Source: a virus. Taken from it: a stretch of 64,000 nt of DNA. Positions 9,516-19,400 of this stretch are shown piece by piece. The notes below the pieces were generated by a model. The model searched no databases. It saw only the letters and a list, made by a program, of their open reading frames with translations, and was not told the origin of the DNA. Numbering within the stretch: position 1 is the stretch's first letter; each line of letters opens with the position of its first letter. The translations under genes and the position numbers were made by a program. The DNA lies in the IMG/VR virus record IMGVR_UViG_3300037804_000399, positions 26,832 through 90,831 of that record; one strand, given 5' to 3'.

Positions 9516-10203
9516 ACACAAACAAGATAAACAATATCCCAAAGACTTACACGCTTTGATATTTAATAGCATTGCACATAATTCTGAAAAATATAAAGAT
9601 AGTATTTTTAAAATTATTTCTGCTTTTACATCAAAGCGTGAAGTATTCTTTCTAGGAGGAATAGTGAGAGATACTTTACTTGGGAGAGTATATAAAGATA
9701 TTGATATAGTAGTGTTAAATAATCCACATGAAGCATTAGATATTATCCTACCTTCTAGTAATGTATTTAGAAAGAAGGGAGAAGCTAGTGCTATACAATC
9801 AATTCTACCAAACTACAAAGGTGGATATAAATTTTCTGCTGCGGAAGAGGACACTGCAATTGTTTTTGGAACAAAGCAGGTAGATATTGAAAGATACAGA
9901 GAGCCAAAAAATCAAATAGACATTTGGTCCACTCAGAACATTCAACAAGAAGTAGCTTCCACAGTAATGGCTTTTAACAGTATTGCAGTTAATGTAAAAA
10001 CAGGAAAGGTTTATTCTACGGAAAAGTGTGATCAATTTTATGCTGCTGATGAAAGCGATCGATATTTATCTGTTAATATTGACAGAGTTGATAAAGAGTA
10101 TGAGAGCTGTAAATTCCGAATTGAAATGTTTAGACAGAAGTTAAACTTACCGCTAGATCCTGAATATGTATTATGGAAAAAGATGAAACAACACCTTCGC
10201 TAA
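9508..10203 (+). CDS. Class II nucleotidyltransferase head domain (CCA-adding/poly(A) polymerase-like)
   Basis: FFLGGIVRDTLLGRVYKDIDIVV (GGxVRD...DxD); start ATG 9508 overlapping the upstream gene. Confidence 0.7.
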   Translation: MTKHKQDKQYPKDLHALIFNSIAHNSEKYKDSIFKIISAFTSKREVFFLGGIVRDTLLGRVYKDIDIVVLNNPHEALDIILPSSNVFRKKGEASAIQSILPNYKGGYKFSAAEEDTAIVFGTKQVDIERYREPKNQIDIWSTQNIQQEVASTVMAFNSIAVNVKTGKVYSTEKCDQFYAADESDRYLSVNIDRVDKEYESCKFRIEMFRQKLNLPLDPEYVLWKKMKQHLR

Positions 10204-10290
10204 CAAAATCAAAAGTCAGTGGGACTATATCATACATGATTTAAAAGCATCATGATATAAACACGCAACCTAGCAATCAAAAGGTAACAC

Positions 10291-12930
10291 ATGATTAGAA
10301 ATATTGATTATTCCGTTGAAGACGGAGTAGGCGTTATTGAGTTCTTTACATGGAACGAAGATAATGAAAGAGTAAATTTTAAACTGACACAAGAGTCTAG
10401 TTTACATTTTGAAAACCCAGCAGGTAAATTCAAAAGCATTTTAGGTACCAATCTTAAAAAGCAATCGTTCTCGAATTTATATCACCGAACAAAATTCATC
10501 AAAGAAAATAAACATTTAAATTATTTTGATATACAAACTCCTCAACGAGAGTTTCTTCAAAACATGTTTAGTGAAGTAAACGATCGAGATGACTTCGCTT
10601 TAAATCCTCTAAAGACTCAAATAATAGATATAGAGGTAGCTGTAGAAAAAGAATTTCCGCATCCTGATGTAGCAAAGTATCCAGTCAACTTAATAACAGT
10701 TCATGATTCATTTGAAAAGATGTATCATGTTTTTGCTTGGGGTGATACTATTGTAAGAAGAAAAGCAGAAGATTGTGAAACTGATTGGAGTAAAGTAGTT
10801 ATACATCAGTGCGGTTCTGAAAAAGAATTGTTTATAGAATGGATTAATTGGATGAAGTCTGATTATCCAGATGTGATAGCAGGATTCAACTCGCGACCAT
10901 TTGATATACCTTACCTAATTAATAGAGGAGAGCAAATAGTTGGAGAGGATAAGATCCTTGAAATTTCTCCTTGTAGAAAATTCAGAAAGGAACAATTCAC
11001 AAGTCGAATAACTCAACAACCAATTGACACTTATGCAATTGCTGGTATCACTCATTTAGATTATTTGATTTTATATCGTGACAAGTTCTCATATAAAAAC
11101 TTAGTAAACTTTAAATTAGATACTGTTTGTGAAGAAGAACTAAATGCAAGAAAGATTCATTATGATGGCACATATGAAGAATTTTGGAAGAATGACTTTC
11201 AGCTGTATACTGAATACAATATTCGAGACGTAGAGCTTCTTGTAAAACTTGAAGAAAAACTACAGTATGTGCAATTAGTAAGACAAGTTTGTAACATGGG
11301 ACTAGTAGAATACGAAGCTATCTATAAATCACTACCGTATGTAATTGGATCAGCTGTTGTTGCTGAAAAACGAAACACTGGTAGATTGTTCCCATCACCT
11401 CAAAACATTGATTATGAAAACATTGATGCTAAGTATCCTGGAGCATATGTTATGGATCCAGTAGTTGGACGATACAACTCTGTAATGTCAATGGATTTGA
11501 ATTCACTTTATCCTTCCATTATGATTACATTAAATGTTTGTCCGTCTACAAAGTTTGCTAAAATTATTAATAGAGAAGAAGATGGATCGATCACAATCAG
11601 AACTACAAAAGGAGTTGTGAAAGAATTAAATGCAAAAGAGTATAAAGCTGTTTTAGATCAGCACTGTACAGAATCATCTTATGATACGTTGTTTATAAAG
11701 CCATCAAAACAGAAAGGATGTATTCCAATATTCTTAGAAAGCTTATATGCTACTCGTAGAGCAGCAAAAGATACAATGCTTGAATGGCAGATGAAAGTAT
11801 CAGAAATAAAAAAGAAATTGAAAAGAAAGAATATTTCAGAGTCCAGAAAAGAAGAATTGGAAAAAGAACTCGCTTTTGCTTTATTAAATGATCAACGTTT
11901 TGGTACAAAGCAGTTGGTTTTAAAAATTGTATTGAATACAATGTATGGTATTTTAGGTAATAAATATTCTCCTATTTTTGATACTGATCTAGCTGGTAGC
12001 ATTACAGTAACTGGACAAACTATAATTAAAATGTCACAGTCGTTTGTTAATGCATACTTTAAGAAATTATATAATGCAGAAACAGATGTGGTAGTGTACG
12101 GTGATACTGACTCTTTCTACTTTAATGCAAAACCGCTTTCAGATGCTATATGTGGAGAGGACGGAGACATTAACGATGAAGGCAATATTCAATTAATATG
12201 TAAAGAGGGTGATAAGTTTGCAAGAATAATAAACAAATTCTGTTTTGAAAAGATTGTGAAAGATAAATTACACTCTGATCAAGATTGGATACAATTCAAA
12301 CGAGAAATGTTTTCTTCAGGAGCAATGTTCTTCAAAAAGAAAAGATATATTGCCAGAGTTAGAAATGATGAAGGTGTACCTGTTGATAAGTTTAAATATG
12401 TTGGAGTTGAATTAACTCGACAAGAGATTCCTCCTTTAGTAAAAACTAGATTAAAAGATTTTGTTGAAGTTTCATTTAAAGAGTTTTGGGATAATGAAAA
12501 AGCTCAAGAGAAGATGAATGAGATTTATGAATGGTTTATGGCGTTGGATCAAACTGAGATAGCTTGTATCAGTGGTGTCAACTCATGGAAAGAAGGAATT
12601 GGTTTCTTGAGAGCTGCAAAAGGAGCAGGAGTGCACTTGAGAGGATCTCAATATTACAATCAGCTTGTTGGTAAATTACATATGGAAGACAAGTACGATT
12701 TAATACAAAAGGGAACTAAAGTCCGTTATGTGTTATTAAAAGATAATCATTACAAGATTAATGTTATATCATATCCTGATCAATATCCAGATGAGTTTAG
12801 AGAACACTTCTTTGCGGACTATGACAAAATGTTTGCAAAAGCGGTTACATCTCCTATGAAACACTTCTTTAATGTCAATAAATGGCAACAATTCGATAAG
12901 GATTTTGAAAGTTCTTTCCTAGATGTATAA
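10291..12930 (+). CDS. 43: Family B DNA polymerase (T4 gp43-like)
   Basis: DIE exonuclease motif, FNS.PFD, MDLNSLYPS, KIVLNTMYG, YGDTDS, KKKRY. Confidence 0.95.
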   Translation: MIRNIDYSVEDGVGVIEFFTWNEDNERVNFKLTQESSLHFENPAGKFKSILGTNLKKQSFSNLYHRTKFIKENKHLNYFDIQTPQREFLQNMFSEVNDRDDFALNPLKTQIIDIEVAVEKEFPHPDVAKYPVNLITVHDSFEKMYHVFAWGDTIVRRKAEDCETDWSKVVIHQCGSEKELFIEWINWMKSDYPDVIAGFNSRPFDIPYLINRGEQIVGEDKILEISPCRKFRKEQFTSRITQQPIDTYAIAGITHLDYLILYRDKFSYKNLVNFKLDTVCEEELNARKIHYDGTYEEFWKNDFQLYTEYNIRDVELLVKLEEKLQYVQLVRQVCNMGLVEYEAIYKSLPYVIGSAVVAEKRNTGRLFPSPQNIDYENIDAKYPGAYVMDPVVGRYNSVMSMDLNSLYPSIMITLNVCPSTKFAKIINREEDGSITIRTTKGVVKELNAKEYKAVLDQHCTESSYDTLFIKPSKQKGCIPIFLESLYATRRAAKDTMLEWQMKVSEIKKKLKRKNISESRKEELEKELAFALLNDQRFGTKQLVLKIVLNTMYGILGNKYSPIFDTDLAGSITVTGQTIIKMSQSFVNAYFKKLYNAETDVVVYGDTDSFYFNAKPLSDAICGEDGDINDEGNIQLICKEGDKFARIINKFCFEKIVKDKLHSDQDWIQFKREMFSSGAMFFKKKRYIARVRNDEGVPVDKFKYVGVELTRQEIPPLVKTRLKDFVEVSFKEFWDNEKAQEKMNEIYEWFMALDQTEIACISGVNSWKEGIGFLRAAKGAGVHLRGSQYYNQLVGKLHMEDKYDLIQKGTKVRYVLLKDNHYKINVISYPDQYPDEFREHFFADYDKMFAKAVTSPMKHFFNVNKWQQFDKDFESSFLDV

Positions 12931-12946
12931 ATTCGTTGAAAAAAAC

Positions 12947-12954
12947 TATAAATA
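12947..12954 (+). promoter_or_regulatory. T4-type late promoter
   Basis: TATAAATA. Confidence 0.75.
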
Positions 12955-13030
12955 AATGTATGCTATTTTGTCACTATGATCAATGACAATAGAAATAGTT
13001 AACCGGTTAAAAAACTAAAGGAACGATCGT

Positions 13031-13828
13031 ATGAATAAAATTAAAAAAGATTCAAAACTTGAATTAACTGAGGAAGAGCTTAAAGCAATTGCTGTACCAG
13101 CTCAACTATCAGAAGATGATACTGAAGACCTTGATATGGAGTATGAAGAGTTGGAAGATCTCGACATGGAAGAACTTGAAGACGAAGCTGCTGAAATGGA
13201 TTCTGATGAAGACATTAATGAAGACGAATTAGAAGAATTGATTCGTAAAGTTGTTAAAGAAGAATTAATGGCTCTTTTAGACGAAGACGAAGAAGAAGAC
13301 GAAGAAGAAGCTGAAGAAGAAGAATCTGAGTCCGAAGAAGAATCTGAAGAAGTTGAAGAAGAGGAAGAAGAAGTCGAAGAGTCTGTTCTGACTGAAGAAG
13401 AAGACTGTGAAGCATGTGACAAGTGCGATTGCGCTCCTTGTGAATGTGAAGAAGTTGAAGAATCTGTAATCACTGAAACGGACAAAGAATGTGAAAAGTG
13501 TTCTAAGACTCCATGTGAATGTGAAGAAGTTGTAGAAGCAGTTGTAGAAACAGCAAAAGAAGAAGTTAAAGAATCTAAAAAAGCTAGATTCAAAAGAGTT
13601 CTTTCTGAAAGACGCAGAGCTGAAACTATCAAAAAGATTAAATCTAAAATCGCAGAGTCAAGAAAGACATCTCCTAAAAAAGAAGAGTCAGTAGCTGAAA
13701 CTGTAAAGCCAACTCCTGTTGTTGAAAGCGCTCCAAAGAAATTAAAGCGTACTCGTGACAATAAGAAAGTTGACAACGAACAAATAATGATGGAAAATTA
13801 CGCTCGTATTTTAAATAGAGACAAGTAA
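13031..13828 (+). CDS. Highly acidic late protein, putative prohead core/scaffold component
   Basis: Late promoter; Glu-rich; many (L/I/V)xE sites; two CxxC..PCEC repeats. Confidence 0.5.
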   Translation: MNKIKKDSKLELTEEELKAIAVPAQLSEDDTEDLDMEYEELEDLDMEELEDEAAEMDSDEDINEDELEELIRKVVKEELMALLDEDEEEDEEEAEEEESESEEESEEVEEEEEEVEESVLTEEEDCEACDKCDCAPCECEEVEESVITETDKECEKCSKTPCECEEVVEAVVETAKEEVKESKKARFKRVLSERRRAETIKKIKSKIAESRKTSPKKEESVAETVKPTPVVESAPKKLKRTRDNKKVDNEQIMMENYARILNRDK

Positions 13829-13853
13829 TTTCCAGTAAAATTAAATTACTATC

Positions 13854-13887
13854 GAAACCTGGAGTTTTTTTCTCCGGGTTTCTTTTT
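13854..13887 (+). terminator. Intrinsic terminator
   Basis: GAAACCTGGAG...CTCCGGGTTTC + T-run. Confidence 0.8.
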
Positions 13888-13894
13888 GTCTACG

Positions 13895-13902
13895 TATAAA
13901 TA
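13895..13902 (+). promoter_or_regulatory. T4-type late promoter
   Basis: TATAAATA upstream of the baseplate operon. Confidence 0.75.
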
Positions 13903-13936
13903 ACTACAACATTCATAACTCGAGGATCTATAATTA

Positions 13937-16405
13937 ATGAGTACTGACATTTCCATCTCAAACAAAAATGAATATTTGCGGTTCTCTGCAAGTTCTATAA
14001 AAGAGCTCCTTCAACAAAAACTTTCAGAAGGAACTAATTTTACTGACCAAGCATTTGCTGGATCTGTTATTGATATAATGTTAGACTCTTTATCACAGAT
14101 GTACGCAGCTCAAATGTTCTATCTTAATAACTCTGCAGCTGAAAGTATCTTTACTGATTCTTCATTGTATGAAAACATGAACCGTATCGTAAAAATGCTT
14201 GCGTATAACCCAAGAGGTTACATAACATCATCATTACCAGTAAGACTTACAACTACAGATAAGTATTCTGATGATGCTAGAAACGTTTTACATAGATACA
14301 CAACTGTTACAACAAATTTAAAAACATCAAGTTTTAAAACTGAACCAATTACCTATTCTTGTGCATTTGATCTTGATAGAGGATTTAGTTTCAGTACTGA
14401 ATCTCCAAATGAATTAGTATTGTATAACGGAAGCTGGAATCTTTATCCGCAAAAGACAGTATCTCTAGGAGTTCCTTTCGAGACTGTAATCCTTAACAAG
14501 TTAGATATAAGTGAAGATTCTCAAAAAAGAGATTTTATTTCACATGATCATATTGATGTATTTGTTCAGACATCCCCTACTAGCTTAACTTACGAAAAAT
14601 ATTCTACAGTTAACACTTTATTTGAAAGTGGATCACAAGATCTACATGTAGAAGTTAGATTAAATGAAAACAAAAATTACCAACTTAGGTTTGGTGATGG
14701 TGTTAAGGGAAGACGTATTCCTAAGAACTGTGACATTAGAGTAATTTATCTCAAATCAAACGGTGCAGAAGGAGTTGTTGGACCAGAAGCTTTCCCAACA
14801 GCAGAACCTCTAACCTTAAAATGGGGCGTGACCGGACTTACTATTTCTGAATTAAGAAATATGTTAGACGTGTCTGATAGAGACTATAATTTAATCAACA
14901 GTGCAACTCATTTAGGAGCTACAAGTATTGTTACAGATACCTCTGCGACAGAATCTTCTGAATTTGAAACAGTTGCTGACATCAGAACTAATGCTCCAAA
15001 CTGGTTCCGTATGGGAAGTCGTTTAATCACTTATACTGATTTTGAACAATTTATTAAAGGAACGTTCTCACAGGTTCGTGATGTAACAGTTCATAATAAC
15101 TGGGACTTCTTAATCGAATTTGAAGAGTGGCTTAGAACATATGATAAACTATCAATGGCAATACGTCAAAGCTTTTATAAGTTCGCAGATGCTGCTGATG
15201 CAAATAACATTTACATTTGGATTAAGAACTTAACAAATATTGATAACAAACGCGCAATTGAAGAAGCTTGTAATAGAATTAAAAGTCTTACAGCTGAGTT
15301 AATCGTTCTTGATCCTGTTCACACTTTCTATTCTCCTTTAATCACAAAACATAATTTAGATTATGTTACTTCTGATACATTCTATGATGAACTTGAAGCT
15401 GACGATCAAAACATTTTTGATCAAGACCAATCTGATAAGATTGATCAAGTGGAAGATCGTTTCGGATACATCTTTATCGATAAAGATGAACAGATAACAG
15501 AAATCGTTGATGATGTAGAAATAACTAGAAGTAGAACCCAAGCAGAGATGGCAGCACTGACAGATTTTATTCCTATAAGATCTTTAGATACGTACGCTCC
15601 TATCCAAACAGGAAACGAAGCAAGTGATAATGCTGCTAACTTAAATATTCGTAGAGATATAAAAATGTTTATATTCTCAAACTATGAACCAAAACGTGAC
15701 AAGTTAATTGCCGGAAACGATTCTTGGGAACGTGATTTGAAGACAAGAATATTAAACGGTCAGGCTGATATCGAAAGCGAAGTTATTGAAATTTCAGAAC
15801 AAGTTTACACATACGGAGTTTACTTTCCAACCTCAACGGTTTGGGAACATTCACAACAAGTAAATATTGCAAAGATTGAAGTACTAAGAAATATGTTTGT
15901 AACTTTTGATCAAGTTGACGCAGCGCTCAAGCAACAGTACGCTGATCGTGTAAATAATTACAGAAATGGATTATATATGGATGCTGTGAATAGTTCGTAC
16001 CTTGAAATTACAAGAAACAAACATTCACTTATTACTACAGAGCGAATTAGAAAACAAGTTGGAGATATTTTAATCAACTATTTTCGGGTCGTAAATTCCA
16101 ATCTAGGAATGAAAATTGATATTGATCAGATACACACTAACATTCTTGCTATAGATGGTGTAAATAAGGTTCGTACGATAACGTTGGAACAAGGCGATCA
16201 AGGAAAAATTAGAAAGAATGAATTTGACGGAATTTCCTTCGGAGCATGGACAGACGAATTAGTCGACAAGAGAGATAAACGAAACGTATCAGCAAATGAA
16301 AAGATAAAAGATTTTCAGTTTCCTGTTTTATATTTCGCAACTCAGATAGATAATATCATTAGAGTAGAACAAGACGACTACCTTGTAACAGGTGTTGAAT
16401 ACTAA
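13937..16405 (+). CDS. 6: Baseplate wedge subunit (T4 gp6-like)
   Basis: FTDQAFAGS...LAYNP, LRFGDGV.G, YL.SNG..G, ETVADIRTNAP...RLIT..DF. Confidence 0.85.
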   Translation: MSTDISISNKNEYLRFSASSIKELLQQKLSEGTNFTDQAFAGSVIDIMLDSLSQMYAAQMFYLNNSAAESIFTDSSLYENMNRIVKMLAYNPRGYITSSLPVRLTTTDKYSDDARNVLHRYTTVTTNLKTSSFKTEPITYSCAFDLDRGFSFSTESPNELVLYNGSWNLYPQKTVSLGVPFETVILNKLDISEDSQKRDFISHDHIDVFVQTSPTSLTYEKYSTVNTLFESGSQDLHVEVRLNENKNYQLRFGDGVKGRRIPKNCDIRVIYLKSNGAEGVVGPEAFPTAEPLTLKWGVTGLTISELRNMLDVSDRDYNLINSATHLGATSIVTDTSATESSEFETVADIRTNAPNWFRMGSRLITYTDFEQFIKGTFSQVRDVTVHNNWDFLIEFEEWLRTYDKLSMAIRQSFYKFADAADANNIYIWIKNLTNIDNKRAIEEACNRIKSLTAELIVLDPVHTFYSPLITKHNLDYVTSDTFYDELEADDQNIFDQDQSDKIDQVEDRFGYIFIDKDEQITEIVDDVEITRSRTQAEMAALTDFIPIRSLDTYAPIQTGNEASDNAANLNIRRDIKMFIFSNYEPKRDKLIAGNDSWERDLKTRILNGQADIESEVIEISEQVYTYGVYFPTSTVWEHSQQVNIAKIEVLRNMFVTFDQVDAALKQQYADRVNNYRNGLYMDAVNSSYLEITRNKHSLITTERIRKQVGDILINYFRVVNSNLGMKIDIDQIHTNILAIDGVNKVRTITLEQGDQGKIRKNEFDGISFGAWTDELVDKRDKRNVSANEKIKDFQFPVLYFATQIDNIIRVEQDDYLVTGVEY

Positions 16406-16416
16406 AGGAAAAAAGT

Positions 16417-19400
16417 ATGGTTGACAAGAAAGGTTCGGACTTCAATCAAGGCGAATTGTTAAAGAAGTATATTAACAACCCTGAATGGATCCGAACATAT
16501 GAAACGTTGTGGAATACTCTCGAAACATCTACTCAATTAGTAGGGGCTGAAATACATGAGAAAACTAGAAATTATGTACAGAACCTACGTGACATAGACC
16601 TTTGTGAAACAAAAGCTCTAAGATCAATAGTTACAGAACTTCAAGTCGACAATATGGAAATTGTTGACGCTCTTCCTAAAGAGATTCAACGACTAGTCGA
16701 TATCTTTTCAATTAACCCTTCCCTTCTTTTAACAGATGGAATGGTTTTTGAAGATTACATGGAAACGTTTGAAGCAGAAGTTCAAGCCATATATGCAAAA
16801 TACTTTCCCACTCAGTTCTTCCTTCGTCAATTTGAATTTGATGACGCAGAAGTAAAGTGGAACAACCAACCTATAGAAGAATTCGTAGATAGATACGCTT
16901 GTAAGGTTGTTAATATAATTAACAAATACAAAGAAGAATCTGAATCTGATATTGATGAACTTGATATTACAAATGAAATGTTATTTGATTCTTCCGAACC
17001 TAGATTCTATGATTCAAGTGATGTTGATTTTGTAGGAACGCTTGAAGGCGTAATCCAAAATACAATAGCTGATAGACTTTACGATCAATTTAGCACTGAT
17101 ATCGAAACAGGAATTTACCGTCAAAGCATTTCAGAAGATGGAGACAATCCAGTATTTGGAGATGTATTCGGATTTACTTGGATTGTGGACGATGAGAACT
17201 TCATGAAAGTTCAAATCAAAGCAAATATTGAAACAATTTTCAAAGCATTTAACGATAGTGTTATTCTTGGAGAATCATACTACGTACCTTTCCAAGTGTT
17301 TACTGTAACTCAACTTTCAATTACTAGTGGGTTAATACTTCCAGAGCACGTCTCTAAGACGTATACTCGCTCGAAGGTGATACTGAACGGGGTAGCAACA
17401 TTTATCGATGATGAAGACATCTCAGAATGGATGGCATTGATTGTTAGAAGATTTGAAGACTCTTCATTCTTTATTGATGACGCAGAATCTAAAATAGAAT
17501 CTTTAGAATATGTTCAGTTCCGTCAAAAGTTTCCACCTACAGTTACAGAATATATCAATCTTGTTGATCCAGCTGCTACTGAAATAGATGAAAGTTTCGT
17601 TTGGGACATTATTGGTCTTGATCCACTTAACGAAGAACGTGATGTTTTGTATCATGAATGTTATGCTGGAAAGACAATGCTCGATTTGTTTATCATTGCT
17701 CAGTTCACTGATACTCTTTACAAGCACTGGTTAGAAGAATCTTACCAGTCATTGGTTGAAAACATTTTAGATCAAAACTTTGAATTTGGCACAGATGCTG
17801 ATTACAAATACAGAGGCGTTTACCAAATAATTGGTGATGATGCCAAAACAGAATTAGATGCACTTGCACCTTCACAATTTGAAAAAGACCATTACCTAAT
17901 TACATTAACTAATGAAGTTGAACAGTTCTTTGTATATAACGGTTTAGAGTGGCTGGAACAATGTCCGTTCAGAGATCTGGATCGAATCACAGAAGCTGCT
18001 GCTGAAAGCCTTCTTGACACCTGTAAACGTATTAGACTACAACGTAACAATTTAAAAGAGATTGCTCAACGCCATGCTATTATTGGTACCAACAGAGCTG
18101 TTGAAAGTGTTTTCACAGATTATGTATTAAGATCATTTACTCAATTAGAAGATTGGGAAATGACAACTGTCACTGATGATCGTAATTGGAGATTAGTTGG
18201 TGCAATAACTTTACAAGATTATGAACAAACTGCTGCTGGGTTATATGTAGATGATGATATAAAAATTGGAACATATAAAAGAGTTTTGGTTGCAAACCAA
18301 TATACTGATTATGTTGTATTCAGAAGTAAACAAACTTCAACATTAGTTGCAACTGAAATTGGATTATCAGACGAATTCGAATTTAATACTGATTCTGTTT
18401 ATAACTTGAATGACATTCTTCCTTCACTTGGAACATTAGATTCAAAAGTAAAAGTTATTGAATATTGGGATACAACAGAGTATTTTAATATTGAACCAAC
18501 CGAGACTAAGTATCTTACTGGACCGATCAATAAACGTATCAGTATGAAAGATGTTGTTAATATTACAGATGATGGTGATCTTGAGATTGCTGAAACTGGC
18601 GAACTAGTAGAATTCATAGAAGGTCAATCAAAATATCAAATCTTTAATCAGTATCTTGATAAAGGAAATCCTCAATACTGGAATGATAACAAGGAAACAA
18701 ATTACTCTACAAGTCGTGAAAACAGCATAAACTTTTCAGATGAAGAAGTTTCCGAAAGAAAGAGATTCATGGGATCTTACAGTCCAATCGATCTTGTATT
18801 CAGTGCTGGTCTGTCAAGAATTGAAACTCCTGGCCCGTTGAGAAGTTCAGATATCCAAGCTGGTGATTACTACGATGTAAACTTTACTGTACCTGATTTT
18901 GCAAACACTGCATATACAGCAGCTCAATTAGCAGCTGTTGATGCAAATGCAACAAACGGTCTTGATGCAATGGATTTAATCCAACAAGAAGCTTATTACA
19001 CTAATCTTTATTCATCTCTCGATGATCAAGAGATTTTTGACGATGGTGCTCAATGGATTTTATCTTACAAGAGAGGCGATGCAGAAAAAGCTGAAGGTTT
19101 AACTTTTGATGATGCTAAAGACTGGGATCCTGAAAACGTTTTACATCAAACATATATTTTAAAAAGAGCTAGAACCAAAGCAATACGTTTTTGGGGACAA
19201 GGCGCTGACATAAACTTCATGTCATTTAAATTTGATAATTGGTTCAAGATTTCATTAGAAGAATGGTTGATCAACAATCAAGACAAACACATGACTCAAT
19301 TCTGGAATGATGTTGGTATGAAGGGTGACTGGGAAGCTGACATACGTCCTATCCTTGATCAATACTGGAACATGCATGCTTCATCAGGATATTTAGATAC

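Noticed and set aside
13102-13776. Ser-rich minus-strand ORF
   Set aside because: Antisense of GAA-rich acidic codons
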